From NCBI GenBank assembly GCA_030141605.1, contig JAQGDQ010000008.1:124001-188000 (forward strand): a stretch of 64,000 nucleotides of DNA, read 5' to 3'. Source of the DNA: Tubiluchus corallicola. Lineage: Eukaryota > Animalia > Priapulida. A model generated the notes under the pieces. It did not search any database. It worked only from the letters and a program-made list of their open reading frames with translations, and had not been told where the DNA came from. Positions 24,001-36,200 of the stretch are shown one piece after another. A program made the translations under genes and the position numbers. Positions within the stretch are counted from its first letter, which is position 1; each line of letters begins with the position of its first letter.

Positions 24001-27000
24001 TGATGTCTCAGGTGTGTCAAGAGGTGTTGTTTCAAGAGGTACCTCAAAAACAGGCCCAATGACCCGAAGATGAAAAGGTAAAGTTGTGCAAATCTAGATT
24101 CATAGGTGCAAGACTCCAAAACACAACTGAATTTTTATTAAAGGAAAGGACAAATCACTTAGCATGTTGTGCTTATTTTACTGTTATCACTTAAACAGAA
24201 AAACAAAAGAAATTTGCAAAGAAACTGTTTATAAAGCATAAAGTTAATTTATACTACTGAGAGACAGAAATTTTCAAGCATGGTAGTAGCCATCATTCAC
24301 TTGAAAATTGTGACTTTTTGTAAGCGCATCATGGCTTTCCATAAGCGCACGTTGCTTCAAACTTCTATGGCCTACCTAATATTCATGCCAAAATATCACA
24401 AAATTAGCTATCTAGTAAGATTTTATACTTTTGACCGAGATTGACAGTGTGCTGCTCTTCTTCAGCCGATGAACGGCTCCATTGGTGAAAAACTTAGAGT
24501 GTTCAGAATGTGAGTGCCGAAGCGTGAAATGATCACAACTTTAAAGTCATTTTACTAATTACACGAAGACCCTATCACACTTTTATCACTAAATCTTCTA
24601 ACATTTTTTGCAAATATTGAAAGAAGCCTAATTTTCCTGAAGGCTTGGCATTTCTTTTAAACTTAACTCCTTTACTAGGTGCAGTCTTTAAATAATTTCA
24701 TTGTTTCATGCACACTTTACATTCTCACATTATACTTACAGGTCTGGGATATTCATTGAACAAAAAGGACTAGAAACATTAGCCGGTCTTACTGATGGTG
24801 ATGCTAGGACTGCCTTGAATGCCTTGCAGATGGCTGTCGATGCTGCCAAGGCCAGAGGAAATTCGGAAGCAAATAACTGTGGTAAATATTTGTACTGCAC
24901 TGTCATTGCAGAACATGTTGGATTGTAGAACATACACACTCATGTACAGCGCATGCTGTAAATGCTTGGTGGCACTTCGTATCGGATTACAGAGCATGCC
25001 TAGTTGCTAATATAAAAACAATATTTATTTTGTGAATAGTCACAGTAGCCATATTTTGTGCCTAGCTACAAATTTAAGCAGTGCTGAGCTCAGTCAGTAA
25101 ATAGATGGATGACTACAAGGTTCCATACTCATTCAGTGCCGATTTATCTATCTTGCTGCTTGAAACTTCAGTAATTTAATTATAGAACACATTGAGTATG
25201 TGTCCTGATATTAGCAGCTGTGAAACTCGAAGTTGATCAAAGAGCAAATTCACAATCTGCAAGGCTGACAGCCTGACCATCAAGGCTAGTTATCTGTTAA
25301 ATTGCTAATTTCAGTGCAGATTTTCGAATTGTTAAATACAGACGCATTGAAATTTGACTTGGGAACTTGACCATCTCGGAGACAAATTACGTTAGACATT
25401 TTCCGATAAAGTATGTAATGTAAATTATGCACAACGAATTTAATGAAATAACCTTAATCTATTTAGTAAAAAAAACAAAAGTTTTTGAATAAGTTCGGTC
25501 CACAAAAAAATATTTCTTTTTATGTCACTGGAGCTATATTAACAATAGCTGGTTGGTAAGGAAAATGGTTGAAAGGTGTTCTGTTTGCTGCTTTCTTATG
25601 GAAAGTTTTTAACTGCCATTTGCATTTTAGAACTCCATTTAATGCTTCAGTTCGCATTTAGCTGCTATACTGCATTTTTGTTACAGATCTTTCAAGTTTA
25701 CGAAGCAGGTCACAGTCGGAAATACGAATAATCACCACACAGCACATCAAAGACGGGCTACAAAAGTCACACCTTCTGTATGACAGGGCAGGTGAGCCTA
25801 TTTGTATGATGTTACAGCTGCTAAAACTGTGTGCTTAGAGATGTGAACAGATCTTTTCGGGGTCACGTCAATGGCAATGTTGAAATATTGTCTGAACAAT
25901 GTGTTTGTACTCAGTAAATTACGTTTTTGGCTGTAATATTAATTATAAGGATATTTTGGTAATTATTACAGCTAATGGAAGGTACATTTTAGACTGTAGG
26001 TGGAAATGAGATGGTCAGAGAAATCATGTTATTGTCCTTTAATAGGCGAAGAGCACTACAATTTAATATCAGCATTGCACAAGTCTGTTCGAGGGTCTGA
26101 CGATAATGCAGCTATGTACTGGTTGATTCGAATGCTGGAGGGTGGAGAAGATCCAGTATTCATAGCTAGGAGACTTATCTGTGCAGCTAGTGAAGATATA
26201 GGTAACGTTGCACCTTCGTTCTCTTAATACTTATGAACCTGGATTCAAATTAACTAATTGGCTGTAAAAGAGATTCGCTAAAAAACATTGTTTGCGTCTG
26301 TGTCTGGCACTTCGGTTATTGCTGCTAGTCGATTAATAGTGGCCCACTGTGGCCCTTAGATTATTGTTTGTGTGTTAATGCTTTCTAAGCAAGTCCGACT
26401 ATGTTGGTACTGTTGGACATATCTAGCTGCAGTTCTCACACTGAATATTCGTGAAGGTGAATACATTTTTTTTTTGTTTTTCCTAGTTTAATTTTTGACA
26501 AAACGTTCTTTTTCTAGATTTCTAGATTTTGATTGGCTGGTCTCATGGCACCAAGACTGCTCTAAAGTCACTAATGTTCAAATTATTTGTGCTTTTAGAA
26601 TATTACTGAAGAAGATAGTTAAAATTTACATGCTGTAATGTTTGCTGTAATCTGTTGTTTCTGTTTTAGGTTTGGCAGATCCCATGGCACTGAGTTTTGC
26701 AGTTTCCGTCCTTCAGGGTTGCCAGGCGCTTGGAATGCCAGCTTGTGGGGTTTGTTTTCATTGCTAAAAAACAGTTTGTTTCTCTTTTCAAAGAATGGCA
26801 GCATCACATCAATTTTTCTGTATGTTTGATGGAGCATGTCTTTTTATGACATACCTTTGACAGCCTTTTACACCAAGTACATGTAAAATATTTTTGTAAA
26901 TGAATGTTTGTTTTGAAGTATTGATTGCCAATGTATGTCACCAAATACTTTATATAGATGTGTTATAGGAAAGTGTAAGTGTAGATTTGCCAACCACGAA

Positions 27001-28086
27001 ATGGATTTTGTGCGATATGGTAACAGAAAACCAAAGAAAAAACTCAAAACATTATGAACGCCAACTGTTTTTTTAACAGAATGTATTAATAATATGGGTG
27101 ACATCCATAAAAACTGTAGTCTTGACTTGTGGTGCTTGTCCCATCACTAGCTTTGTTGTCTAATCATGTTTATTTAGGGTATATGAATAAACTAACTGAA
27201 ATTGCCTGTCAAAAACAAGAGTTGAACGTTCTTTATGCTTCAAATTTGCGTTAATTATGGGCTTTTTAATGTTTTTGTGACTTCAAAAGATGAAGAGGAA
27301 TAGGAGTTACCTACGAAAAAAATTAGATATTGTTTAATTTTTATTCTGATAATAACTTTGAAATTTCCTCAAATGCCATTAATTATTTGGCCTCTTTAAC
27401 TGTAATTTTTCTTTGAAGAACTCGAAATTTGTACTTTGTTGAATATATGCCCTCTTTAGCAGATTTAATGTTTTCTTTGTTGCTGTAGGTGCTCCTGGCA
27501 CAGTTGGTTACCTATCTAGCCAGAGCTCCCAAGAACTGGGATGTGTACAGGGCATTTGAAGCTGCAACAAATCATGTAAAGAATTGCCATGGACCTCTAC
27601 CAAGTGTGCCATTACATCTGAGGTGTGTGATTCATTCTCGATTTTTGACACTAAAATGGGAGAGGACTACAAAATAGGTGAAAGGTCCGTGCAGTGATGT
27701 AAGCTGTCTTTGGAAAGTTTTTTAAACTTGAGACTGAGAGCTTCAAGATATGAAATTACCATTTCCCTCCCTTCAAACAAGTTTGGTTTTAAAAAGCAAT
27801 ATTAATGCAGTTGCTCAATTACGATTACAAAGAAAGAATGCGAAATTCCTTAAAGAGAAGTGGTCTCGCATTGTTAATTCCGAGTGATGAATTCATTTGA
27901 AGTAATTTGAAAATTGAGATTCTCCGCCTTGAGTCTGTTTGATTAAATATTAAAACATATGCACTTTTTTCCAGAAATGCATCAACAAAACTTCTCAGAG
28001 ATTTGGGTTATGGGAAAGACTATAAAGCAATAAATGGTGTCTTCCTGCCAGAGGAATTGAAAGGTATAAAATTTTTTGGAACATAA
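18001..28086 (+). CDS. WRNIP1: Werner helicase-interacting protein 1 (MgsA/RarA-family AAA+ ATPase with N-terminal UBZ4 zinc finger), about 563 aa
   Basis: Exons 18001-18115, 21710-22131, 22476-22670, 23344-23576, 24742-24881, 25687-25791, 26046-26201, 26670-26749, 27489-27622 and 27975-28086, phases consistent, 1692 nt. [17 protein letters not shown]; PLAQRMRP; Walker A GPPGCGK|TT; Walker [16 protein letters not shown]; GATTENPSF; ALLSRC; DGDAR; [23 protein letters not shown]; ASEDIGLADP; VPLHLRNA. Confidence 0.95.
19000..19900 (-). mobile_element. Decayed CR1-type LINE reverse transcriptase remnant in WRNIP1 intron 1
   Basis: Minus-strand fragments [11 protein letters not shown] (compare VTSGVPQGSIL), [36 protein letters not shown] and [16 protein letters not shown], in the expected CR1 order, with stops and frameshifts. 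Confidence 0.72.
19990..21292 (-). mobile_element. Older non-autonomous DNA element (hAT-like CAGTGTTT end) interrupted by the pogo MITE at 20214-21134
   Basis: Both flanks of the MITE, reverse-complemented and joined, are colinear with 41640-42013 (caatttctcggccc..ctgacctatcgagac..ctgacttgc..taatagcattacagt..catactagtcac..tttggtgacac). Confidence 0.7.
20214..21134 (-). mobile_element. pogo/Tigger-family MITE, copy A
   Basis: TIRs CAGTAGGCGCCGCTTAATAGACTCAC / GTGAGTCTGTTAAGCGGCGCCTACTG (25 of 26 match), TA on both sides. Retains a transposase-like C-terminal fragment (..[17 protein letters not shown]) on the minus strand. Confidence 0.92.
24158..24415 (+). repeat. Dispersed repeat, copy 2 (see 13606-13890), in WRNIP1 intron 4
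   Basis: Colinear similarity to 13606-13890. Confidence 0.7.
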
Positions 28087-30266
28087 AAATCAGCAAGTGT
28101 ATGGAATTGCCAATTGCTAATTAAAAGAAATTACTGCTATGTTTGTAATTAATAAAGATTTTAAAAGGAACAGCCAGTTCAATCTTCAGTTGTTTTAATA
28201 AAAATGTGGTTTCTTGGTAAATTTTTTTTTTAATATCGTAAATGACTTTGTTTTCTATGTCATAAAGTCACCTTTAATGTCATAAAGACAAAGAAAAATG
28301 TCGTTTTGAAGTTGGCACGTCTGCTTATATCAAACAGTAGCATTAACAGTTCTAATGAACATGTATCATCTTAGGGGATCTGTAGGTCTGGGTAGAATAA
28401 GGCAGTGACCGTTATTTCCCCACCAAAAATAAGCACTGAATCAAATATAGTTGCCCAACACCCTGAATAGCTTAATGTTTTAAATGTTTAACTGAAAAAT
28501 AAATCTCTCGTTCTGTCTGAAATTAAAAAACTTCTACAACAACCTTTGTGAATTACGTAAAAACTGCCGAGATTCAGTGTCAAACAAACTTCAACATCTT
28601 TCCATTTATGTGCCCACATGAAAACATTACATTACAAAGCAGAAAAAATGGTGAAAAAATGATCGATTGTCAATTTCTTGAAATCTGAGACAGACCTTTC
28701 CATCAAATGTAAAGATACTTTTTTCATTTTATTAAATAAACCCATAGCAACCATTACCTTGAAAAACTTGCTGACAAGAAAGACAATATGCACATCAACA
28801 AAAAACACTCGACAATTAAAAGATTAACTTTAACTGGACTGTGTGTCGATTTTACTTGCAATGTAAATTATTGAATCTCCACCAACCATTAAAAATGCTG
28901 CTACTCTGTTGCAGTAGTTCTCAGACTGGTTTCAAAAAATAACTTCGCAGATTCAATTTTAAGAGACCAGATTTATTGTAAAATCTGTTAACTGCAACTG
29001 GCAAAAGATCAGAAGTAGCCTAGAAACACTATACGCAACATACCATGCACAACTATGTACACAGTAAAACTATTTCATAGGAAAAATAGCAAATTTATAA
29101 CGACCAATAACAATTTTTGCATGAAATAAAAAAGGCGGCTGTTTTTTGAATTGCACTTAAAATCTATGACAATGCCAGAAGACGACCAGAAAATTTCATT
29201 TATAAGAATTGCACACTAACGTCTGACTTTGTAAGTAAAATAAATTCTACTAATCATTTAGCTACTGTAAATTTAGTGGTAGTGTTTAAGTATTGCTTTA
29301 CTTATTGTATTTAAGAAGACGCATTTTCACAAAATCTAAATAAATTCAAACATTGCATGCCACCTACCAGGTGATCACTAAAATTTAACACAGACTTTTT
29401 CTTAAAGGTTGGTAAATGTTAAATTTGTGTCATTAAATCTGCAATGCACCAAACAATGTATGTGATTATGTCGGAATCCTGCAAATGCCGAAACAAGCAA
29501 AACGATTTGGTTGGTTTGCCCGTTAATACCACAATCGCAAATCAAAATAAGAGGCTGTCTTAGAAGCTGTAATTCCAATTCAAACATATATACATACAAA
29601 CTTCATATCAAAGTACTTGTCTTGAGCATTTATGAAATTCATTTACCATATTACACACTTCCATCTTAAAATAAGTATTATTAAAGAATGAATTCCAGGC
29701 AGAATTTAACAACAAAAAGCTAGATAAACAAAATTTTGGCTAAACCAGTGAAAACAGAAGACAACAAGCATTGCCTCGTCACAAAATGCAAGAGAAGGAA
29801 CGATGTCAGATCACAAAACAGCAAATATTTTAATAAAAAGTTGATATGAGATATAAACAATTCTTGAGCAAATTTTGAAAAGTAAACGGGCATAAACTAA
29901 AACTATAAGCCAATAAGCACTAAGTCTATAAGATACAATCACTACAAACGGTTTTCAAGAAATGATCTTCAAATAAACTTTCTAGTTTCTTTTTAGAATA
30001 CTACTAATTATGCAAGTTGAAGCTATCATTGCAGCAGTTGAGAATCAATACAAAAATATAATTCGCAGACCCTCTAAATGTACGACTTTATGTTGCGATC
30101 TTTGTCAAAATATATATTTGTCAAAATTACTATTTCTCTGTCTTCTGGCAGAATGAATCACATCATGCAGATTTCAGCCTACAGCACCGGTTGTATACAA
30201 TATCACAAATTCGGCTCGCATCACAGTGACGTTGCATGAAATGCCAGACCGTTGAATGCAAAGCCG

Positions 30267-33200
30267 TTAGCTCTGGTTGTTTTCCTGTAGTCTTCGCTGT
30301 GCGGCTTGAAACATCAGGTTGCGCCTGCTCGCGGCTGCGTCGCTCTCAACTGGTTGGTCGCTACTTTGAGTGCTCGATTCCGATTCAGATCTGACTTGCG
30401 ACCTGTGCTTTTCTGTGTATTTCCTGAAAAAGTCCACATTTCTAACAAATAATTCTCATATCCTGGACTGTGCTCAACTAAAAGATGTCTTAAAGTGATT
30501 CAGATGGCAAAGGCCAATAAATACAGTGTCAAGAAGTAATTGACCCTTCCTGCACAACAACCAAAATGAATAAGAAATTATTAAATACAGTAGGTGCCGC
30601 TTAATAGACTCACTTTGGGACCGAAGTGTTTTGACCCAATTAACCGACTGAACCTATTAACCGATGGGTGTTGTATTAGTGGTATAAAAGTATGAGTTTC
30701 CAGCTTAGTATGCACTGCAAGGATTTTTAATGAATTTTAGAAATGAAGTAATGCCTAAATTCCTTTGTGTAGTTAAAAATAGAAAATATATTTTAAAATA
30801 ATAATTTATATGAGTGAATTAGCAATAAATTAAAAAGTCATAGAAGTCTGTTCATTTGCAAAAGTTACAGAGATTCTTTCAAAGTCGGCTGCTTCATTTT
30901 ATCACGGAGAAGTTGGCTCACAAAGTTCTCATATTGATAAAATCTGTTGTTGTACTATGCACATATTCTCGTAAATACTTAGTGCTTGGAGTGCTTGAAC
31001 TGATGGTGGTGCCGGTGTTTCCCCGCAAGTGGTTTCGCCTAAGTTTCCGCTTGCTATCGCAATGTACTTACTGTACTGTACCTGCAACCCTGGCATAACA
31101 GCAAGGGCAAAATAAACTCTGGCAAAGACAGCCAAAGCTTCAAAAGCAAACTGCTAAGCAAGTAATTAAATGTTTATCTTCCAGGAGGTTAATTGCAGTG
31201 GACGGGCAGATCAAAGGAAACCATTAAGCTAGCATGTTAGCGTATGATAAACGTTCCCCCTTACAAACGAAACGGTACTTAACACGATTGTTTCTTAGGT
31301 ATATTATAAGACAAAAGTGAACTAAGATGATATAAAAGTCATAAAAGCTTATTAGTCACACGAAAGTGTCTTATTGAAGCATGTGAAGCAAAAATATTAA
31401 GTCAATTATGCGGGGTTATTTTAGTCAATTACCGACAGTTTTTATGTACATTAGGATAGAAGCGGCCCGTACCAGGCGTTTTTGAATCATTTGAGCGATT
31501 GAGTCTATTAACCATGAGTCTATTAAGCAGCGCCTACTGTACTACGGAGAAGACCATAAAAAGAGCAGTTAAGTTTGAAAAGTAATGTTAATATCTAGGT
31601 GTACTGCCATTTGCAGCTCTGACAGTTTTTAATACAAGGGGTCATACTCACCGAGTTTCTCAAAAAACTTCTCACTTCTCACTTTATTGATATTTGATTT
31701 CTGGTGGACAAGATATGATACAAGATATAAAAACTGGCCCGCTCTGGCAGTCTGTACATCCCACTCTTCACTGTTATGCAAAAGAAACAGTACTTACTTT
31801 CTGGCTTGCTTTAGGAGTAATTCCTTGCGCTTTTTCAGCATAGCTTCTCTTTCTAATGGAGATTTAGAGAAACGAGATCCTGTAACTTCACAATGGGCCT
31901 CCTCGCTGAAAACAAAGCAGAAATTATCAACTGTTAGTAAGATGAATTTAAGATCACTGTTAAATGTGGATCATACGTACTTGTGTGGTAAAATATGCAG
32001 TAATTCTGACCAAAAAATATTTAGAATTAAAGATGGCATAGAAAAATGCAAAAATAATAATCACAGGTCATTGATAAAAGTAGTGGGCATGAAAATCTTA
32101 AAACCAAAAATTCAGTGCAAAAAGGTGAAAATAAGCCAAAGTATCAAATCGAATTACATCCCAAAGTTGAACAGTAATGGCCGAGTAGGTCATCAATAAC
32201 ACTGCCTGTCTTAACCTACTAATACAAAATCCTAATAACACAGAGCGCACCGCACGCTCGTCATGCAGTTTAACAGACTGCTTAGAAGTACGAGTGAATA
32301 TGGGCAATGAAGAAACAGCTCTCATTCTGGTGAAGACCAGGAGGTTATTGTTTCAAGGTTCAGCAAGACGCTGTCCGTCTATTTCAGCAAAGCAGTAAAA
32401 AAATGAAAAATCAGTGTAATTCGTTGAAAGCCTAGAAGGTAAACTGACAGAAAGAAAAAACTGACAGGTAAAAAGTTGCTCTGGAATTCAACTTTCAGCT
32501 TTGCAAATAATTTCAGAGTTTTCATTTTGAGAAAAATTTTACTTGAATTGCAATTAGCAACCAACTTAGCATATGCAATAATTATACACACACTCGAGTA
32601 ATCAGTCTATGCACTGCACCGATAAGAATGAATTTTATACCTGCTTCGATGCGCCTCCAAGTCGTCTGCATCCGAAAAGTGCAATTCGTCAACTTCACCA
32701 AGGAAGCTAGAACTCGGGCTCTCAACAGAGGAAAGTGATGTCTGGTGAAATTAAAGTGTAACATTACAATAAAGAACGAATAATTACTGAAGTTAATTTT
32801 AGCACTACTAATTTTATATCTCTATTTTGGTTATTTTCTGATCTGCCATTTACTATTTTGTTTATTTTCTGATCTACCACTTAAAACTAATCAAATAAAA
32901 GTACTCACATCGTTAAAAAGAGAAGGCGGTGGCAGGCTCGACTGCCTAGCTGAGCGGGATAGTTGAACGCTCTGAAAAAGAATGAAAAATGTTAGCATTC
33001 ATATCCACAAAAAGTATACCATGAGAGAGATGCTATAACATACATTTTGCTCACAGCTAAAATTAAACTAAAATATCATTATCATCATAACTGTCAGAGA
33101 GCCCATTTTAATGATTGTAATAAACTCGGATGCTACTACTGATTATACACTGATTAATTACAAATGTGATAAAGAACTGACAATGGTATATCACACACGT

Positions 33201-36200
33201 TTTTTTTCTGAACTGGAACTTGCAACTGCAACTACATTGACTGCTTTCCATTCCAAGGAGCTCGTTATTAGAAGCAACAATTAGCACGTTGTGGCTTATT
33301 TTTCTGCTTTCTATAACAGCCACAGAAAATGAAATTTTTTTTTCGACACAGTTCAGGAAAATTGTTAAAAAATTTCTCGACCAATTTGGGAAAATGATGT
33401 TACGATATAAGAAACTGAGTACATACTATAGCTAATTTTGAATGGACTACTAATTCAACCTTTACTGAACCAACTTCTGATATGTTCCCATTCTCGTAAA
33501 GTTAAAAATGCCAAATGTGAAAATCCGGCATGCAAAAAGCATTAAACTGTACAAAATTTAATTAATTAGATTATGACTGTGATTTCCAGAGTGTTTATAA
33601 ACCATTGTAGTTTATTTTTAACAATTATTACCCATGGTGGGTAATGAATTGAAGAAAGAATGGAGACACAGAAAAATTGAGGACTAGATGGGCCTTGAAC
33701 CTGAAACCTGGGATTAGCAGTCCCAGTCAACACAACAAAGCAAGCTTGAGATTTCCTCCTTACAGAGTTCTGTTTTAAAAAAATGGGGGCTGGCCAAATA
33801 AATGTGCCATCATCATTTAGCTTCTGTCAGACAGTTTTTTCATCCAGTAAAAGTTGTGTGTGTGTGTGCCTGGGTCATTTGGTTTTTATTAAGTTTTGAC
33901 AGGTCTTTTGCAAAAAGGCCAGAAAACTGTGTTCCTGCTTTTTTGATAGGTGTACAGTAAATCAAAAAAATGGCCTAAACAGATGTGGAATTTCTGTTGA
34001 TGATTTTTGTGGGCAATCTTGCAAGCAGGATGGTTTTAATTACCGTAAGATCAGAAGTTTCATTCTGCCAAAAAGAAGAACAACGCCTGCAGTATAGCAA
34101 CAAGTTTTGATTTCCGGAGAACAAACGAGTTGTAAATGACAAAGCATTCAAAATGCAACAGAACCACAAATAACAACGAGGAATCAAATCAGGTTTAAAA
34201 TGCAGTTGCACCAGTGAGAATGTTTTACCAATTAGATTCATCAAATGTACTTACAGGCGGAGGAGTAAGGCGCTCATCTAAAATATTTTCTATTGTCAAC
34301 TCTACAGAGTGTGTTCTCCTTAAATCCTCTTGAATAACGTTGATTGGCATATGAGGGAACATAGACTGCACTTGTCTTGCCTGTAAAACAAAAAGTATTA
34401 TGATACACTTGCTTTCATCATGGTCTTGAACAGCTTATCACGGTGCCAAGGTTTTTAACGTACGTCCCTCAACCCAGGCACGTCTTCTATTTGCACAAGA
34501 CCAATCAGAAATTTGTTCTACATTTGGACAGTGAGGGTGTATTATGCAACAGGGCCCATTTTAACTACTGAACAACAATATATTAGTAACATAAATAAGT
34601 TAAATTGGTTGTCATCTTTTCCTCATTTAACTTTGGCTACATTTAATTAATCTTTCTGCATATTCATGCTGCTATAAAGTTTACTCGATGGAAAAGCAAA
34701 TTAAATTAATTGTTCAATCAACTAACTAAATCAACTTTTATTCGTACCATGCTGTCAAGTTGAGAAGTCTGCAACGTCTGCTGCTCTGGCTCTCCAAGTA
34801 GCTGTGTATGTGTAACTTCTACGGAAAAACTTGGCAGCCAACTGACGTATCTTGAACCTAAAAAAAGCGAGAAAGGGTTTGTACGTATCACTCATCCACA
34901 CCAAGTATAAGATTTACAAATCGATTATCACTTCCTATAAACAAAGATGCTGCTACGTTACTCAACAAGATTCTAAATGTTATGGCACTGAAGTAAAAAA
35001 ACAAACTCTGCATTCAAACTGACTGTTGCCAAGGGACATAAGAACATAGTATTTATTACAGAAATAATTTGGCCCTCAAAAAACAAAATGTCATTGATGA
35101 TTCATATAAATATTAGGAGTAAGTTTTTTGATAGACAAGACATTAAGTGGACGCTCAGCAATCTCTATTTTGCACTGGAACTTAGGGGCCATCCATTTAC
35201 AACGATATCACGTTCTTGGCCAATTTCGAGGACCTACCTACCTTGCGTGATAATGGTGTTATCATATATCCCACCACCTACCTATGCCTTATATTGATAT
35301 CGATATCAAACCAATGCAGCTTTTTCTACATTTATCTTCCTCTTCCCAAAGACAGGCAACAACATCACTTGTGTGTTAATTAACGGGAAAATGTAGTCGT
35401 TTGCTGCTTGCACACATACGTGAAAAAGCATGAAGGCTGATAACGACATCACGGCTAAATCACCTACCTACATTGCGTCATAATGGCGTTGTCACGTTTC
35501 CTGTCACTTACCTACCCTAAACTAGATACAGTTATTTGTGGTTTCCTAAAAAATGTCTAAAAGCACTGAAACTGTGAAAAAATACAAAGAAAAACACAGA
35601 TATATATAAATGGGGAATATAATCTTTAGTTTGCACTGTAAATTTAAAACTAGTACTCAGTAACATCAAGAACATCAATTCGAAATACAAAATGACACAA
35701 AAATCAGTTCGTATATAAGTGTATAAGCAAACAGCATTAAAAACACTGAAGAAAAGATAAATGCTATTTCATGTAGCACATAAATGTACGCAAGCAACAC
35801 TAAAGTCACTGCTCATAATTTCACATACATGTATCGCACATATTTTACAATGCAAAACAGACATCAAATTTCAAGTTACATGATGATGAATGCAAAGCCA
35901 GCAAATGTTACCATCAAAATGAAAGAAATGGTTCCTGTGAGGCCGGTTTGGCGTTTCATTTGGTGTTTCAGGCACATTATCATTGGCTGGGTGTTCGGCT
36001 GTTGAATTCCGACTGTCAGACAATGCAGTTCTACAGGTGGGGCATGAAGTGTCCTGCTCTAACCACGACCTCAAACATGAACTACAAATGAACAAAATCA
36101 AACCTTTCACACAACACCACAACAAAACCATAGAAGTGTTTTATTATATGATGAGTGCATACCACGATATCTTTATTTCGGTGTCATAAAACTAAAACAC

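Noticed and set aside
31687-32199. 170-aa plus-strand ORF
   Set aside because: Antisense shadow of the AMFR G2BR exon plus AT-rich intron; no homology cues.
33660-33730. tRNA-Ser(GCT)-like gene
   Set aside because: No acceptor stem or D-arm and a degenerate B box; better read as a SINE remnant.
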